From NCBI RefSeq assembly GCF_009914755.1, contig NC_060929.1: DNA of 64,000 nt. The stretch is one strand, 5' to 3'. Each line of letters begins with the position of its first letter. The stretch's first letter is position 1. This DNA is from the human T2T-CHM13v2.0 reference genome, Homo sapiens. Below the pieces are notes generated by a model. It saw only the letters and a program-made list of their open reading frames with translations, searched no databases and was not told the origin of the DNA. Position numbers and translations under genes: made by a program. Positions 1 through 14,497 of this stretch are shown piece after piece.

Positions 1-1993
1 TCTTCTGATGTCATTTTTTATATGTTTAAAGATCTGCCTACATGGATCTACTTTGCTGCAGGCTAAATGTCCCAGTACCTTGGAAACATATCTCAAAAGA
101 TATGACTCCAAATCACCATTCTACTCTTCTGGTCATTTTTCTCTAACTAAGCCAACATTTGTGTTTGCCCATACCTCTCGATTCAGGGTGTCTGGGACTA
201 AAAGGGATATTTCTAAATTATTTCAAGCAGCGTGTTTTTATTATTTACTCTGTTCTAAATGATACAGATACATTTCTAAATATATAACACATAATTTTAT
301 TTATATACTTATAAATATAGCTAGTTCTAAATATTTCTATTTCTTTTCTTAATGATTCATAGCTTGGCAACCATTTATATAGTTTTTTATAAAATATCAC
401 ATGTACTGTCATTTAAAATACATAAACATGTTTCAGAAGTATTGTAACTGAGCCACACATACCCATTTCCGTGTATTTGTTATTGGCTTTATGATTTAAG
501 TATATAAGAATTCATACTTGAGAATTTATCCTTATTAAAGCATTCTCTTCTGCGACAAGTGTGGCAATGAATTTTGAGCTAGAAGACCTTCACAGTCAGT
601 CTATTGTAGCATTCAGATTTTCTTTAGCACTTAGATTCTTGGTGGGCAAAAATGAGCGAAGAATGCTATCAGCATTCATAACCCATGATAACAAATGAAG
701 CAATGGCTGACCCTGTCTATTTTGAAGAACTGTGCACAATGTAATTCTCATGACAGCAAACGAAACTCAGGAAAAAAATCAACTTAAAATTCACAGGGGA
801 GCAAAGGAGGCTTATAACAAAGAAGCTAGGCTTTATCAAATGGAGTTTTGAAGAGAAACAGGGAACAAGACTTTGCCCATTACAGTAAATTTTATACAAT
901 CATATAACCAGAAATTATTTGAGATAAAATAAGGGCTTGGGACATGGGAAATATTTTGGCTTATAAGTCTTGTTGGGAAAGAAATCCATAGTCTTAGGAA
1001 GGCAGAGTTTTGTGATAAAACATGTACTGTACATGACCATTACATTTTATAAATATTTGTGTTTTACTAAATTATGGGCCCTGTTCTCATTCAAGCAAGG
1101 CATTTATTTTCCACCAATTTAAAAGTTTGTTTAAAAAATTACACCTAAATGTACTTGCTACACTGCAAGTTTTCTTTTAGTCAAAAGAAAGAACAAGCTT
1201 ACATTTCCATTGAGAACACTGCAAGTGATGATGAAGCATTTGGAGGATACACTCATCACATGGCAATACTTACAAGATTCATATATGGGTCTTTGGTGTA
1301 CCATGAAGATAAATAGCCAAGAAAGTTATGAGAAAGATAACGGCTTGAGTGTTGGGTTAAGAGCAATGTTCAAAGACTATAGGTTGGTGATTTATTGTTT
1401 TAATAACAGTTGATGATTTGTCAACTCTTTTAAAGGGCACTTCTTTCATAAAATATGGCAGATTGAAACCATGAAATTCTATGCTTCCCAAATACACAGA
1501 ACTCCCACTTATGCCCTTGATGCAATGACAGTTTTCCAGAGAAAGTTTTATTTTCTATAGCCTGAATATACTCTGATGCCTATACTTCCACAAAGTAACC
1601 AATTTAAGTTTAGCTTAGTTATTAGCTAAACTTCTCAAAGCTCTTAGGATAGCTGAGTTAAAGCCTTCCTAGAAGCAGCAAATATGATTTCAATGATATT
1701 TCCAACCTGAGAGATGAACTGGGTATATTCATCCAGGGTTCTCAGATAATTAGCATTCTCAAACACTAGTAAGGAAGGTTAGAATGATAATCTGAAATTC
1801 TGTTTTACATGTAAGTGTAAACATAAAGGGAAGAAAGATGCACTATTATATATCTCATTCCAAAATTATTTCAGATCAAATTAATCACTTTTTATATGTT
1901 GGAAATATGTATATAAAAATTAAAATGTAATATGCCATAAAATAATAGAATTTACGAAGTAATTGGCAGGTATAAAAGTACAAACTGCTTTTA

Positions 1994-2377
<384 letters not shown>

Positions 2378-2502
2378 TCAATAAAACCATTTTAAGCCAC
2401 CAAAAATTTATGATTTTTTTTTCTGATGGCATGCACATTTGCCTTTTACTCTCTCCCAGATTACACTGTTGCAATCAAGGGATTCTTGAACACGTTTTTA
2501 AA

Positions 2503-2752
2503 CTTTTTAGTTTTGAAATAATTTTGGATTTTAAGAGAATTCCAAATATAGCATAGAGTGTCTAAATGTCCTCACTCAACCACCTGTAATGCTAACATCT
2601 TTCACGACATTGCACATTTATCAAACCTAAGAAATCAAAATTGGTTTAATACTCTGAATTACACTACAAATTTTATTCTGATTTACCTAGTTTTTCCACT
2701 CATGCCTTTTATCTGCTCCAGGATACAATCCTTGCTAGCTCATTGTATTTAG
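2503..2752 (-). mobile_element. Old L1 (L1MC4/5-like) 3' end fragment
   Basis: ttttgaaataattttggattt...gctaacatctt...tttttccactcatgccttttatctgctccaggatac resembles the reverse complement of an L1MC 3'UTR. Confidence 0.7.
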
Positions 2753-3039
2753 ATTCAACTTCTTTTTGGATGTCCCCTCAAAGAATGGAGCTCTACACAT
2801 TCTGGGCATTCTGCACTACAGTGGCTGTCATTTCACTTCTCTTCAGCAATTCATAGCTGTGGTAATCGCCCGCAATGTACTTTTCTTCTACTACAAAACC
2901 TTAAGCTTTAAGGCCTGCATGTTGCATGTCTACTCATTCACATATTCTGCTAAATTTCCTTAAGGACTCATCAAAAATCGATTGCTGTTTTGCTGAAGTA
3001 ACATTAACTTCATGTTTTCACTTTCTTTCACCCTATTTC

Positions 3040-3978
3040 TACCTTTCCATCTTCAAATTTCTCACAACAGTGCAAATGATACCCTTTATCTCTGATCCTT
3101 TTAAACTTTACATACATCTTCCACGAATGATCTCATCCCCAGATTACTCCAAATGTCCTGTCTGCTTGGATGTTCTCTGCTGTTGGAGCATTTTAGATAG
3201 ATATGCTGATTGCAGCTATCACATCCAACTTCAGCTTAAATATGCACATCAATCTTCTTATGTCAACTGTTTGCAAATCTTAAGAATTTCTCCAAACCCT
3301 CACGTCCCCTCTTGCCACTTGTTACACATAGCAGATAACTCCTACTTAAAAGTGAGAACAGGACAATAAGCAGGAATCTTCTTCAATATCTCTCTCTAAT
3401 TACATACTTAATCTATATCATATTTTATTCTTCCTCTATTTTCTTCCCTATTGCCATAGATTACTCTGTTTCTCAAATCCATCTTGCAACTTCCAATTGC
3501 TTCACTACACTTTCTTGCTTCTGCCTAGTACCTCTCTGATATTCACCTCCTCCTATATTCAGCCACCCTCATAAACTTTCAACTACATCATCGTTCTTTC
3601 TGTCCTATAAACACTCTAAGCCAGTCCCCATGTCAGAGGTGGCAGCTTTTGCTGCCTCTGCCTGTAAAGCTAGTATCACAGATCTTTATATGGCTGCCTC
3701 TGGCCAACTCAAATATAATTTCTTTATTGACCACAAAGCTAAAGTTTCATCCTTTAATGGTCTCTTTCTATCCCATTATTTAATACTCATCACCATCTTA
3801 CCTTTTTTACTTTTTTTCATATTGCTGTCTGTTTTGCTTACCAACCAATCTCCCTATAATGTAAACTCAGGAGTTAAAAGAACTATATTCTGTTGCCCAT
3901 CATTATATTTCAAGCATCTAGAATAGTGCCTTGAAGAAACAAAACGTCCCATAAATATATTGTAATGAAAAGACTGAA
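3040..3978 (+). mobile_element. Degenerate L2 LINE fragment
   Basis: Pyrimidine-rich L2-like body ending in an L2-type terminus (catctagaatagtgcctt...ataaatatattgtaatgaa). Confidence 0.6.
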
Positions 3979-4271
3979 GATGTCTCTCAACGTTAAAAAA
4001 AATGGGCATTTATTCTTGAAATATTAGTTATCGTAGTTTAGTATCATGACAATTAAGAAAAAAATAGAGACAAAAAGAAAAAATAAACTAGAATTGATTT
4101 GGTCTCAACATTTACAATAAATTTATTTTGAATAATTTATTATATATTACTCAATCCCACTTTATATGTAAATTTTGATTTGCAGTTCTTTCGTATTCAG
4201 GAAAATGTCACTTAATATGCATAATATATAATATCGATATAATTTTTTAGAAGAACATTTTAAAGATAAAA

Positions 4272-5325
4272 TATCTAGAATGATGGTATAAAAAACTCCA
4301 TAGACCTTTCCAATGTAACAACTATAACTATAAAAATTATTTTTTTTTTAAATTAAATCCTCAGAAATTGTTCTAAGAGCATGATGCAAATAAAGACAAA
4401 AATATTCAACACTCTACTAAATCTTTGTAAAAAGAGCAATAGCTTTGACATTAGAACTATGATCTGCATCTCTCCCCACCTCCTGCCCAATTTTGTTTTA
4501 CAGAAATTTTTTTACAGAAGAAAATGTCTGAGAGGTCCAATGCTTTCTTCTTTACCTAGCCCCCACAGATAGGGTAGCAGGTTCATCCAAAGCATTTTAG
4601 ACTGAGTATCCTGCAGTCCTAACTCTCAATTTCCTCACCTCAGCTTATTTACAAGGCAAAACTGCACACATGAAGGGGCAAGCCAAAAAGACCAGAAGTT
4701 AACATCTCACTCAGCTTCCTGAGCCTAAAATAGAGAGACCACTTAAAAAGAAAGAGGTTATTGTCCATTTCCCAGCTCCAAGGCAACATCAGATGTTTTT
4801 GTCAAGGGGGAGAGGAAAGCTAAAAGAACAGGGAGTTTTGACGCTTTCTGTGAAAGAAGTGACCTTATCTGGAACAGAATATGGGAGAGTTCAAGCGTAA
4901 GGGTGTGCTAAAAAGCAATGGCTATTGTGGTGGTAAGCAATTAAGAAGAAGCTGTTAGCTCCATAAAAGCAGCCAGTTAAATCATACTCTAATTGCATAT
5001 TTAATCTATATCACACTTATCCTTCCTTCATTTTCTTCCCTATTGTCATAGATTACTCTACTTCTCAAACCCATCTTGCATTTACAGCTAAAATTTTACC
5101 AGAGAGGACCAGAGAAAAAGACGGCTAAGAATAATCCTCCAAGAGTCAGAACAAACATCAGAGACTAATCTAGAAGACTATCTCTGCAAAGGAAATGAAC
5201 TGGATTAGACTGTGGAGGAATTTATGCTCCAGGGCATTGGTGAAAATGATAGAAAAATTAGCTGCCAATTAGTGAAAGCTAATAGCTGGGTTTGATATAA
5301 ACAAAGAAAGATAGCTTGACAGAAA
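4272..5325 (+). mobile_element. Old L1M (L1MC/L1M4-type) 5'UTR fragment
   Basis: Contains ggattagactgtggaggaatttatgctccagggcattgg and is co-linear with the related 5' end at 61015 onward; interrupted by a 94-bp insert at 4987-5080. Confidence 0.7.
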
Positions 5326-6310
5326 GAAATTTGTGAAATTCATAAATATCTGGAAATTTAATGATGCATTCCTAAATAACCAATGGATCAGAGAAGAAAT
5401 CACAAGAGAAACTAGAAAATATTCTGAGATGAATGAAAATGAAGACACAATCTATCAAACTTATGGGATGTAGGTACCACATATACAAAGAACTATCTTA
5501 GATAAACAATCTATCTTTTTAACTTAAGACACAGGATAAAAAAGAAAAAAACTAAACCTAAAACAAGCAGTTAAAAGATAATAAGAATTAGAGAAGAAAT
5601 TAATTAAATAGAGAATTAAGAAACAATGGAGAAAATCAACAAAGCCAAAAGATAGCTCATTGAAAAGACCAACAGAAATAAAAGAATTTTAGTTACATGG
5701 ACGAAGCAAACAGTAGAGAATACTTAAATTACTAAAATCAGGAATAAAAGAAAGGACATTACTACTGAATTAACAGAAATGAGAAGAATTATAAGGGAAT
5801 ACTATGGATAATTATATGCCAAGGATTAGAGAACTGAGAAGAAATGGCAAATTCCTAGAAAGATACAACTACAGAAATGATTCTGAGGAAACAGAATATC
5901 AGAAGAGACTTATAACAAGTAAAGAGATTGAAATATATGTATAACAAATTTGATGAAATATTTAATTAATTAATACTAATTCTTTCCAAATTCATCCAAA
6001 ATACAGAAGAGGAGACACTTCTTACCTCATTTTCTGAGGCCAGTATTACCCTGATACCAAAATCAAAGATCACAAGGAAAAAAAGAAAAAACAAAACTAC
6101 AGAGCAATGTTCCTTGTGGAAATGTATGCAAAAATCTGCAACCAAATACTAGCAAACTAAATCCAGCAGCATATAAATGGACTTTACACATGCTACAACA
6201 GGCATGAACCTTGAAAACCTGATACTAAGTAAAAGCAGTCAGTTAACAAAAGAACACCTATTGCACAGTTTCGTTACATGATATGGACAAAACAGGGAAA
6301 TCAATAGAGT
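5326..6310 (+). mobile_element. L1M ORF2 remnant joined to an L1 3' segment
   Basis: ctaaataaccaatggatcagagaagaaatcac and gaggccagtattaccctgataccaaa are L1 ORF2 hallmarks; jumps near 6190 to tgctacaacaggcatgaaccttgaaaac (L1M 3' part); many stops. Confidence 0.85.
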
Positions 6311-6351
6311 CTATTTAATATACTTGAATCCAATTAGTAAATTGGGAAACA

Positions 6352-6369
6352 CAGAGAGAGAGAGAGAGA
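6352..6369. repeat. (GA)n microsatellite
   Basis: agagagagagagagaga. Confidence 0.9.
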
Positions 6370-8549
6370 ATGAAAAAAGATAAACAGACCAGTAACATTT
6401 GAAATATTGTGAGAGACATTATACCCACAATTGCAATTAATGAACTTAAGTGTTAGAATGTGTTTAAGAATAAAGATATGAACGTGCTATCCTCTCAGCT
6501 CTCTGTTCTCACGTGCCCCATAAATGTGAGGTGATTATAGTACTATGGAATATCCTAATTTTAAAAGTTGTCCTTCTCTCACTCATGTAATAGAAATATA
6601 GGAACACTTTACTTTGCACATATTTTCTCTATTATATTCAATGCATTACTACTTATTTATATTGCACATAGATTTTAACATTTAGAGGTGCATAAACAAA
6701 ACCATGTAAACAATTTTCTTGGAAAATAATTATTTTCCAAATAATTATTAAATTAAATAAAATATAAATAAAAATTATTTTCCAAATTTCTTGGAAAATG
6801 ATTTTCTTGGAAAATAAATTATGTTTCTTTGAAATAAATAAATAAACAAATAAATAAATCTTACTATGGGCACAAATTCCTAATGTTTACAAGCTCAAAA
6901 AAGTGTTTTATATGTGATATATAGAATGTACATACTCACAAAGCATATATGCATAAGTATATATGTTAATATATAAAATTGGTTACAAAATAAACTACAA
7001 TAATATTTGGGCTTAATAAGTCTCATGGGTAACAGCCAAATTATAAAAACGTGAAAACAGCATTAAATTAAACACTATATTTTGAAAGGGATGATGAACC
7101 ATTTGAATTGTACGTCTTTTGTCATGGAGAAACAAATACACACAAGATGACAGTAAAAACAGAAAATTCCTGCAATTGTAAAAGGACTTATGAAAATACA
7201 AACTACTTATATTTTTAAATTGGAAATGCATATTCAAATATGCATTTGATATATCCATTTTAGGTCTTTTGTGTTTATGTTATTGACATTATTTAAATAA
7301 AATTAAAGTGACTAATTTTGGAAAAATACTATTATTTTGATTCAAAGTCTCTGAGTTTTAATCTCCATGATTAATGAGTATTCCATTTTTTTTGGACTAG
7401 ATTAGTCTTATCTTTGCCATGATTACTATAATTTAATTAAATGAAGCATGTGACAATTTTTATCAGTAATTAATCTACAATTAGTTTACTAGATTACCTA
7501 TAGATTAGCTTTATATAAAGTTTTAATTCATTGCCTACCATTCTGGATATACTCTATAAATCCATAGCTTATAGGGTCAAGCACTATTCATGAATTGTTC
7601 TTGATTATAGCAGAGTAAAAATGTTAAAAACATAGAACTCATTTTCTATTCATCACAGGAGCATTTTGAGCCTTTGCTCTTCAAATCAAAGGCAATTGAA
7701 AATTATTTTGAGTAGCTCTGCAACTTGCCTTGTAGTGTTTTTGACATTTATTTTGTTCATAAAATAGAACTTTTATCTAAACAAATGATTCACATTTATA
7801 TAATCTGGCTAATTGTAAATCATATGTATCTTATTTTTTTCAAGGTTTTACGTAATTCTCAGAAGTACAAAGATAGCTAAGAATAGTAATAGTCATCTGT
7901 GATTGATTTTTAACTATACAGTAGGTTTTATTTACATGATATACATGAAAATGCGCTGAGACTCAAGGTTGTGAAGTAGTTAATAATCTATAGGACTAGC
8001 AATGAAGTTATGAAATGATTGTCAACGTATTCTGGGAAATATATTCTATGTAACCAACACAATAGTTGATAAAACCATAACTTTAAACATTTAAAAATCG
8101 GTATAATTTGCAGGACTTGGTCCTCTTTATTGCAAAGAGCTGCATACTATCTGATTATTTCATTGTTCCCCATCTGTTTTTATCACTTGTCACCTTCCTG
8201 GCCCTCATGGACACTGGGAACTCTCTAACTAGGATGAGAATCCTGGTCTCCTACATATCACATAATCACCCTTGTCATTATACCATACCACTGCATGTGA
8301 TGTGGCCTGGCCACACTCTTTCAAAAAGTAGGAAGCCTGAATGAGGAAACTACCCGCATCTCATGAAGGGCTTATGCCACTCCATTGCTATTAGAGGTAT
8401 TCCTTTTTTCCTTCCAGTTCTTCATATATTCCCTCCTTTTGCTTTATGCCTTAAGACGGTATTTAATTGGTTCTTTTTAACCTGGCATTAAACAATATTT
8501 TGGATCATTTATATTGAAAAAGATCAAACTTGAAGAATTACAGATTTGC

Positions 8550-9074
8550 CAGGTTAGATTAGGACTGGGGAATGATCCCGAGAACAACATACCACAAGTT
8601 GCCTTTTTACAGGAGTTGCTGTATCTGACATAATTAGGAAGCTGATTAATCAGGAACTTGCTGCTTTAACTGCTATGTTGCAGCCACATTGGTCCTCCTG
8701 TTTTCTGGGGACCATAAAGCTACCCCTAAAACTATTGTATCTAGGACCACATTACTATAGTCACAATCCTCACCAGCGAAAGGAATGTCCCATGCCACTA
8801 TGGAGCTTCTCTGAAGGGGAGCAGCTGAAGATTGGGAATATTTTCTGCCCCATAAATTCCTTCCAAATATCCTGCTGTATGTTTGCTTAGTGAAAGCTGA
8901 ATCACAAGCCAAATTTCAAGCTACAGAGAATTCTAGGTAATGTATTCTTTGGACTTCTGACCTTTAGATTCCCAGTAGATTATTAAGCACATTGAGTTGG
9001 GGAAGGACTTCTGTAAGCCATGCTACAGAAGAGTCAGAAAAGACTGAGGGATTTAGTCAGCCATATCTACCACA
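8550..9074 (-). mobile_element. ERVL LTR (LTR33-like)
   Basis: aagctacagagaattctaggtaatgtattc and terminal cagccatatctaccaca resemble reverse LTR33. Confidence 0.55.
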
Positions 9075-9369
9075 AAAGACTTGAGGCCATGGATAATACA
9101 TACATAAAAAGTTTGCTGACTTTTTTTTCCTTGAACATTCCAAGATTATTTCAAGATGATATTCTTTTATCTTTCTAATCATCAGTATAATTTTGAGGGT
9201 CAGAACTCTGTAAATGTCACATTGCAGAACCCAATATAAAACTGGCTCAAGCAAAAAGATACTAAGCATTCAATCTAGCTTCAAACATAAAAAGATATTG
9301 GTTTTCTGTTTAAAGGAAAACTGTTTATCTTTGTTTATTAGTTCTTTTCTGTGTTTTGCTCTATTCTCA

Positions 9370-9634
9370 GCTTGTTGTTTCATACTTGATGAACAGTCCC
9401 CCGAAGCTCCAGCTTGGTTAAACCAGTACAAAAAGAGATTCTTCCTTTCTGAAAGATATAGTAAAATATTTAGTACTAATGCTATTTGCATTTGGTGGAC
9501 TCAATTTAAGTCACCTGCCCATCACTGAAACAATGTTTGTGGCCAGATGAATGTGATTCTCACGTCCACTCATAGAGTGACTAGGTAGGGTCCACCTACC
9601 TGAAAAGAATTGCTGACCAAGAGAAAGGAGTAAT

Positions 9635-9635
<1 letters not shown>
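9370..9635 (-). mobile_element. MaLR LTR fragment (MLT1J/K-like)
   Basis: tttggtggactcaatttaagtcacctgcccatcactgaaacaatgtttgtggccag resembles reverse MLT1. Confidence 0.5.
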
Positions 9636-9946
<311 letters not shown>

Positions 9947-12129
9947 AGGAAAGGAGTAATTCTTCACAGGGAAATCATAGTGGTAGTATGAGAAGGTAAT
10001 TTGCTGAAGAGTAAAAAAATAATAGTTATCCATATATCACTTCATTGTAATTCATTATAGATCTATCTATTTACTATTTGTTATGTCTTCCATCCCTTGG
10101 AGAAACATATTTATCCATTTAGATTGAATTGTGTAAAGCTACCAGTCTAAAGAATGTTGCATAGATGTAGATTAATGTTACAATGTGGGTTAATTTTTTT
10201 AAAGTTTTATAGTTCTATATAATTTATAAGTAAGTTCCTTTTATTCCTTAAAAATGACAAATATATGACCAATTTCAGGCAGTCAGATATTGATTCAAAG
10301 TGTTAAGATAAATATTTTCAATGCAGCATTTTTTCTACTATGTAGGACATATTGTTGATCATATGTCTTTGCTTGTAATAAAATAATTCAAAACATTTTC
10401 ACACCCCTTAATCCTAAGTGGCAAATACACTGTACTGAATTATACTTTCTCAAGAAGTTAATTCATTAAAAGTTATTTTACCCTCTGTTTCAAATGAATG
10501 CTGGTCAGTTTCTTACTCATGGGAAATTATGAAAAACATAAATTGAAGAAAGACTTGTAAATCTTGACTCTAAGACCATAAAAAAGTCCAAAAGTAAAGA
10601 AATACACTTTTGTCCATTTTTTCAAATAAATATTGTGTTTAATATTCTCTGCTGCATATTTTCAGAAAATAGCCCTTCTAAAGAAGTATTAGACTATTCT
10701 TCAGCTGGTTCAATCCTTAATAATGGAGAGTGAATATAAAAATTCCCTGACATTTAGCCTGAAGTTAAGCAAGTCTATTTCTATTATCTACTATATTCTG
10801 GGTAAGCAATATTTAGGTACCCTTCAGGCATTTTCAAGGCTCACTTTGTAAACTTATGAAAACACCAGTGTGTAAAGAAATCTAAATCTGAAGCTTCAGT
10901 TAACATGTTATTGAAAAATAAATTCACCTATCTACCTATAACTTGTTAGCATGATTAAACAAATAAGACTAGTCAAAGAAATATTCAGAAAAGAACTAAC
11001 GTTGAAGCTTGCTTTGGGCTGAATAGTCATTTCCAAAACCAACTTCTGTCTAAAGACATCTCCACAATTTAAATTAGAGAAACTGCCACACAAGAACTTA
11101 AGCCTTGACACTTTTGCAGCTGTGTTTTTGTGAAGAAAGTTCCATAGTTCACAATAGTTTTCATCAGCTATAAAGGGACAGTTTTTAAGAATTTTTGAGT
11201 AAATCAAATTGAATATATGCAAGGGATGTATTTACAGACATTTCCCTCACTTAGGAAATGAAGCAAGTATTACATTTGAGACTTGTAATTGCGCCCTGTT
11301 GTTTTTGTTTTAATAACAAATCCTCTAATATTTTGATGGCATCTAATCATTGCAGCTGCCCTAAGATGAGGCTGCCCTAGAAACACTTTGTGTCTAGTAG
11401 CCATTCATCCTCTCGGCTGGAATTGAGATGGTAGAGGAGTGAAACATGTTTTGAGATGGTAGAAAGGTTGCACTTAGTGACCAGGGCCTCTTTAGAGAAA
11501 GGGAACTCAAATGTTAGTCTTGTTACTTAGTCCTTAGGAGATGTGTGGTATAAGGTGCCTACCATTCTGTTGGCAGAGTGATTAGATATTTTTCTCTGGT
11601 GACTTTCCTAATAATTGTTCTTTGCTTCCTCTCTCAAGCTAATACTGTGTCTTGTGACATTCAGGCATCACTTGTCTTCCTACCATCTCTGCTATCTTCT
11701 GGAATTCCATCCCTAAAAGCTCAAGGAAACTAACCTATCATGTATTACATCTTTTCAGAGCTATTACTAATAATTGAAGGACCTGTGCTCTTGAACATCT
11801 AAACAACAGAAAAATTTCTAAACCGCATGTTACCTAGTGCTGAATGCATTTTCATATTCAAGGTATATAAATGTTCTATAATTTTCTGTAGCTCCATCAG
11901 ATACTTATCAGTAGAATCATGAACTGCCAAAGACATGACTTTCTATTTCCTACACATGTCAAGTACAGAGTCTCTTCCAGAGAATCACAGTTCAAATTAA
12001 TTAGGGAATTTAATATTGGCTGTGGTATGCTTCCCTATCTATGTTGTGTAACCCAAATAAATGACTCTAAGAAGAAAACTTCAGGCAATGATAAAAAGAA
12101 ATCCCAAGTAAAGGCTATTTGAAATTATA

Positions 12130-12225
12130 TTAAATGAGGTGAATGAATAGATGTAATATAAAAACAGGCTTCACGCAGTGCCTTAAACATAAAATATGCT
12201 CTGTGAAATTTTTATTATTATTGCT
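12130..12225 (+). mobile_element. MIR 3' fragment
   Basis: aaatgaggtgaatg...gcagtgccttaaacataaaatatgctc...tattattatt. Confidence 0.4.
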
Positions 12226-13198
12226 TATACTTATTATTTAATTGTCATACTCCTGCAATAGCCCCAAGCAATGGTTGGACCCATATCTTACTATGTTTTA
12301 TGTGCATATTAAGTTATCAAATACAAATTAGCCTCCATGAGATTATCCACTTAAATTCCAGTTGCCTTGAAAATTTTAGTCCAATCACAACACAGCTAAG
12401 ATAAAAATTTTCTTTTCAGAATCAATCAATTGACACTGATTGGAATGAGTTTTAAACACCTGAAAAACACTGACTGATTCTCAAAGTAAATTATCTGATG
12501 TAATTATCTAAGTAAGCAGACACTTTAGGTTCCTAAACCTTCATTATATTATTAAATGTCCACAGTTCTATATAACCTTGTTTCATTATTTAATTCCTCT
12601 TTGAATTGAAGTTCTTAATTATATCAAACAAAAATACTCTGGCAATTTTAGTACCATTTTCTTGATAAGCTCTCTGTAATGAGAAAAGAAACTTCAGCAG
12701 CATAATAAAAATGACCTAGATTGAAGAAAATCACTGTCATCTATTTCAGCTGATAACCTTACCTCTGACTTAGGAGTCATTTTTCCTCACCTTGGTGGTG
12801 AGTGACTTTAAAAGGGTCTCTAATCCTGTTCTTTCTTCTCTCCCCATCCTCCCTGCAAAAGCCCTTTTGTAGGGGAGGAATCAGTATAAAAAGAGTTCTG
12901 GAGAATGCTAAGGATTTTCAGACACTGACTGCCTGACTTGAGTTCTAACAATCAAACTTGAATCTACAAAGAACAATGTGGTGGCCAGAAGGGAGGTACA
13001 GCAGCAGTGAGGTGAACATACCCCAGGGCAATATTGGAATGCTCTGAATGAATTTCATATTATATGAATGTCTTATTCACTTTGTACAAGATGTTTTATA
13101 CAATTATAACAAGAAAATAGACATAGGGGAGAAAAACAGTTACAATTTCCTATGCTTGATCACAAAATCAGGTGAAAACACTCCTGGAAAACTAGGGG

Positions 13199-13457
13199 AG
13201 CCTGGTGCAGTGGCTCACACCTGTAATCCCAGCACTGAGTGATTACTTGAGGCCAGGAGCACGAGACCAGCCTGGCCAACATGGTGAAACCTCATCTCTA
13301 CTAAAAATACAGAAATTAGCAAGGTGTGGTAGCAGATGCCCGTAATCCCATCTACTAGGGAGGCAGAGGTTGCAATGAGCCGAGATTGTGCCACTGCACT
13401 CCAGCCTGGGTGACAGAGCGAAACTCTGTGTCCCCCCCCACACCCCCTCCCCAACCC
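13199..13457 (+). mobile_element. AluS with two internal deletions and a C-rich tail
   Basis: Alu motifs present, but cagcact|gagtgatt and tagggagg|cagaggttgc junctions skip consensus sequence; tail is tcccccccacaccccctcccc. Confidence 0.9.
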
Positions 13458-14439
13458 ACACAAAGACAACCAAGGAAAAGAGCAACAGAGCACATGAGTG
13501 TTCAGTATTAAATGCCTACATATGTCAGGCAAGGAGAAACAACACTGACTGCTATTTGATAATGTTTATACAAGTCAATGTCTTGTGAAACAAAGAATTG
13601 TGTTCTTTTTAAACTTTTTGAATAAGTGTTTGCTTATTTTTTTTTAAATAAGGGGTTTTGTCAGGACTCAAACTTTTTATAATCATGCAAAGCAGAATTT
13701 CTGGAAAATAGGAGACTTGGGATTACATTTAGAGTAACTAAGTAGGTGGAAATTTAAACTCTTGTAATCTGAGTTGTGCATCTTAATTTTGAAGAAATTA
13801 TAAATAAATAGAAATACCTGTTGTATATGAGAGCAACGATGAGACTGAAAGAAATATGTTTCTAGGGTTTTTATTTGGCTATTAATAAAGACCTATTTAT
13901 GCTGATTCATTGAAAGATGTCGGATTTTATTATATCAATGGCAACTTCAAACTGCTTCTAGTGAGAAAGAACAATATTGAAATAGCTCCTGGAGAACAAG
14001 GTATGTGGTGAGCACCTAGTGTCTTATTTGAGGTATGGTGAAGAGGAAATTCAATTATAGAAAATTCACTATTTCCATTGGGTGTTTTGTCATTCAACTT
14101 GTATCCTGGGGAGATGATTTGGACACAGAGTGCAAGTTGAGTTAAAGTAAAACAATTAACTCTCAGTTATGCCAGAGTCGATCATTCCATTTATGTACCA
14201 TTATCCAGGCCCTTTCATTAGCCTCCTTCTTCCTCTGGCTTTCTTTCATGTTTGTTTAATTTTTTCATTACTATCGTCACAAGATAGAAATGTGAACTAT
14301 GTAATGAAAAGAAAAATATATCAGGCAATTTACCTCTTTGATGTCAGATATGGCAAAACAACTCAAAACAGAGGAGTCATCAAAAGACTTATTTATACTT
14401 CAGAAAGTATCCACAAGACTTTTTTTCTCTTTTTCCGTA

Positions 14440-14497
14440 ACACATGCACATGCACACACAGACACACACAAACACACACACACAGACACCCACACAC
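14440..14497. repeat. Imperfect (CA)n microsatellite
   Basis: acacatgcacatgcacacacagacacacacaaacacacacacacagac. Confidence 0.85.

Noticed and set aside
1606-1633. 10-bp inverted repeat aagtttagct / agctaaactt
   Set aside because: Short and AT-rich; could arise by chance in 64 kb, with no supporting context.
2926-3369. 147-aa ORF
   Set aside because: Overlaps decayed L2 sequence; biased composition; no recognisable domain or splice structure.
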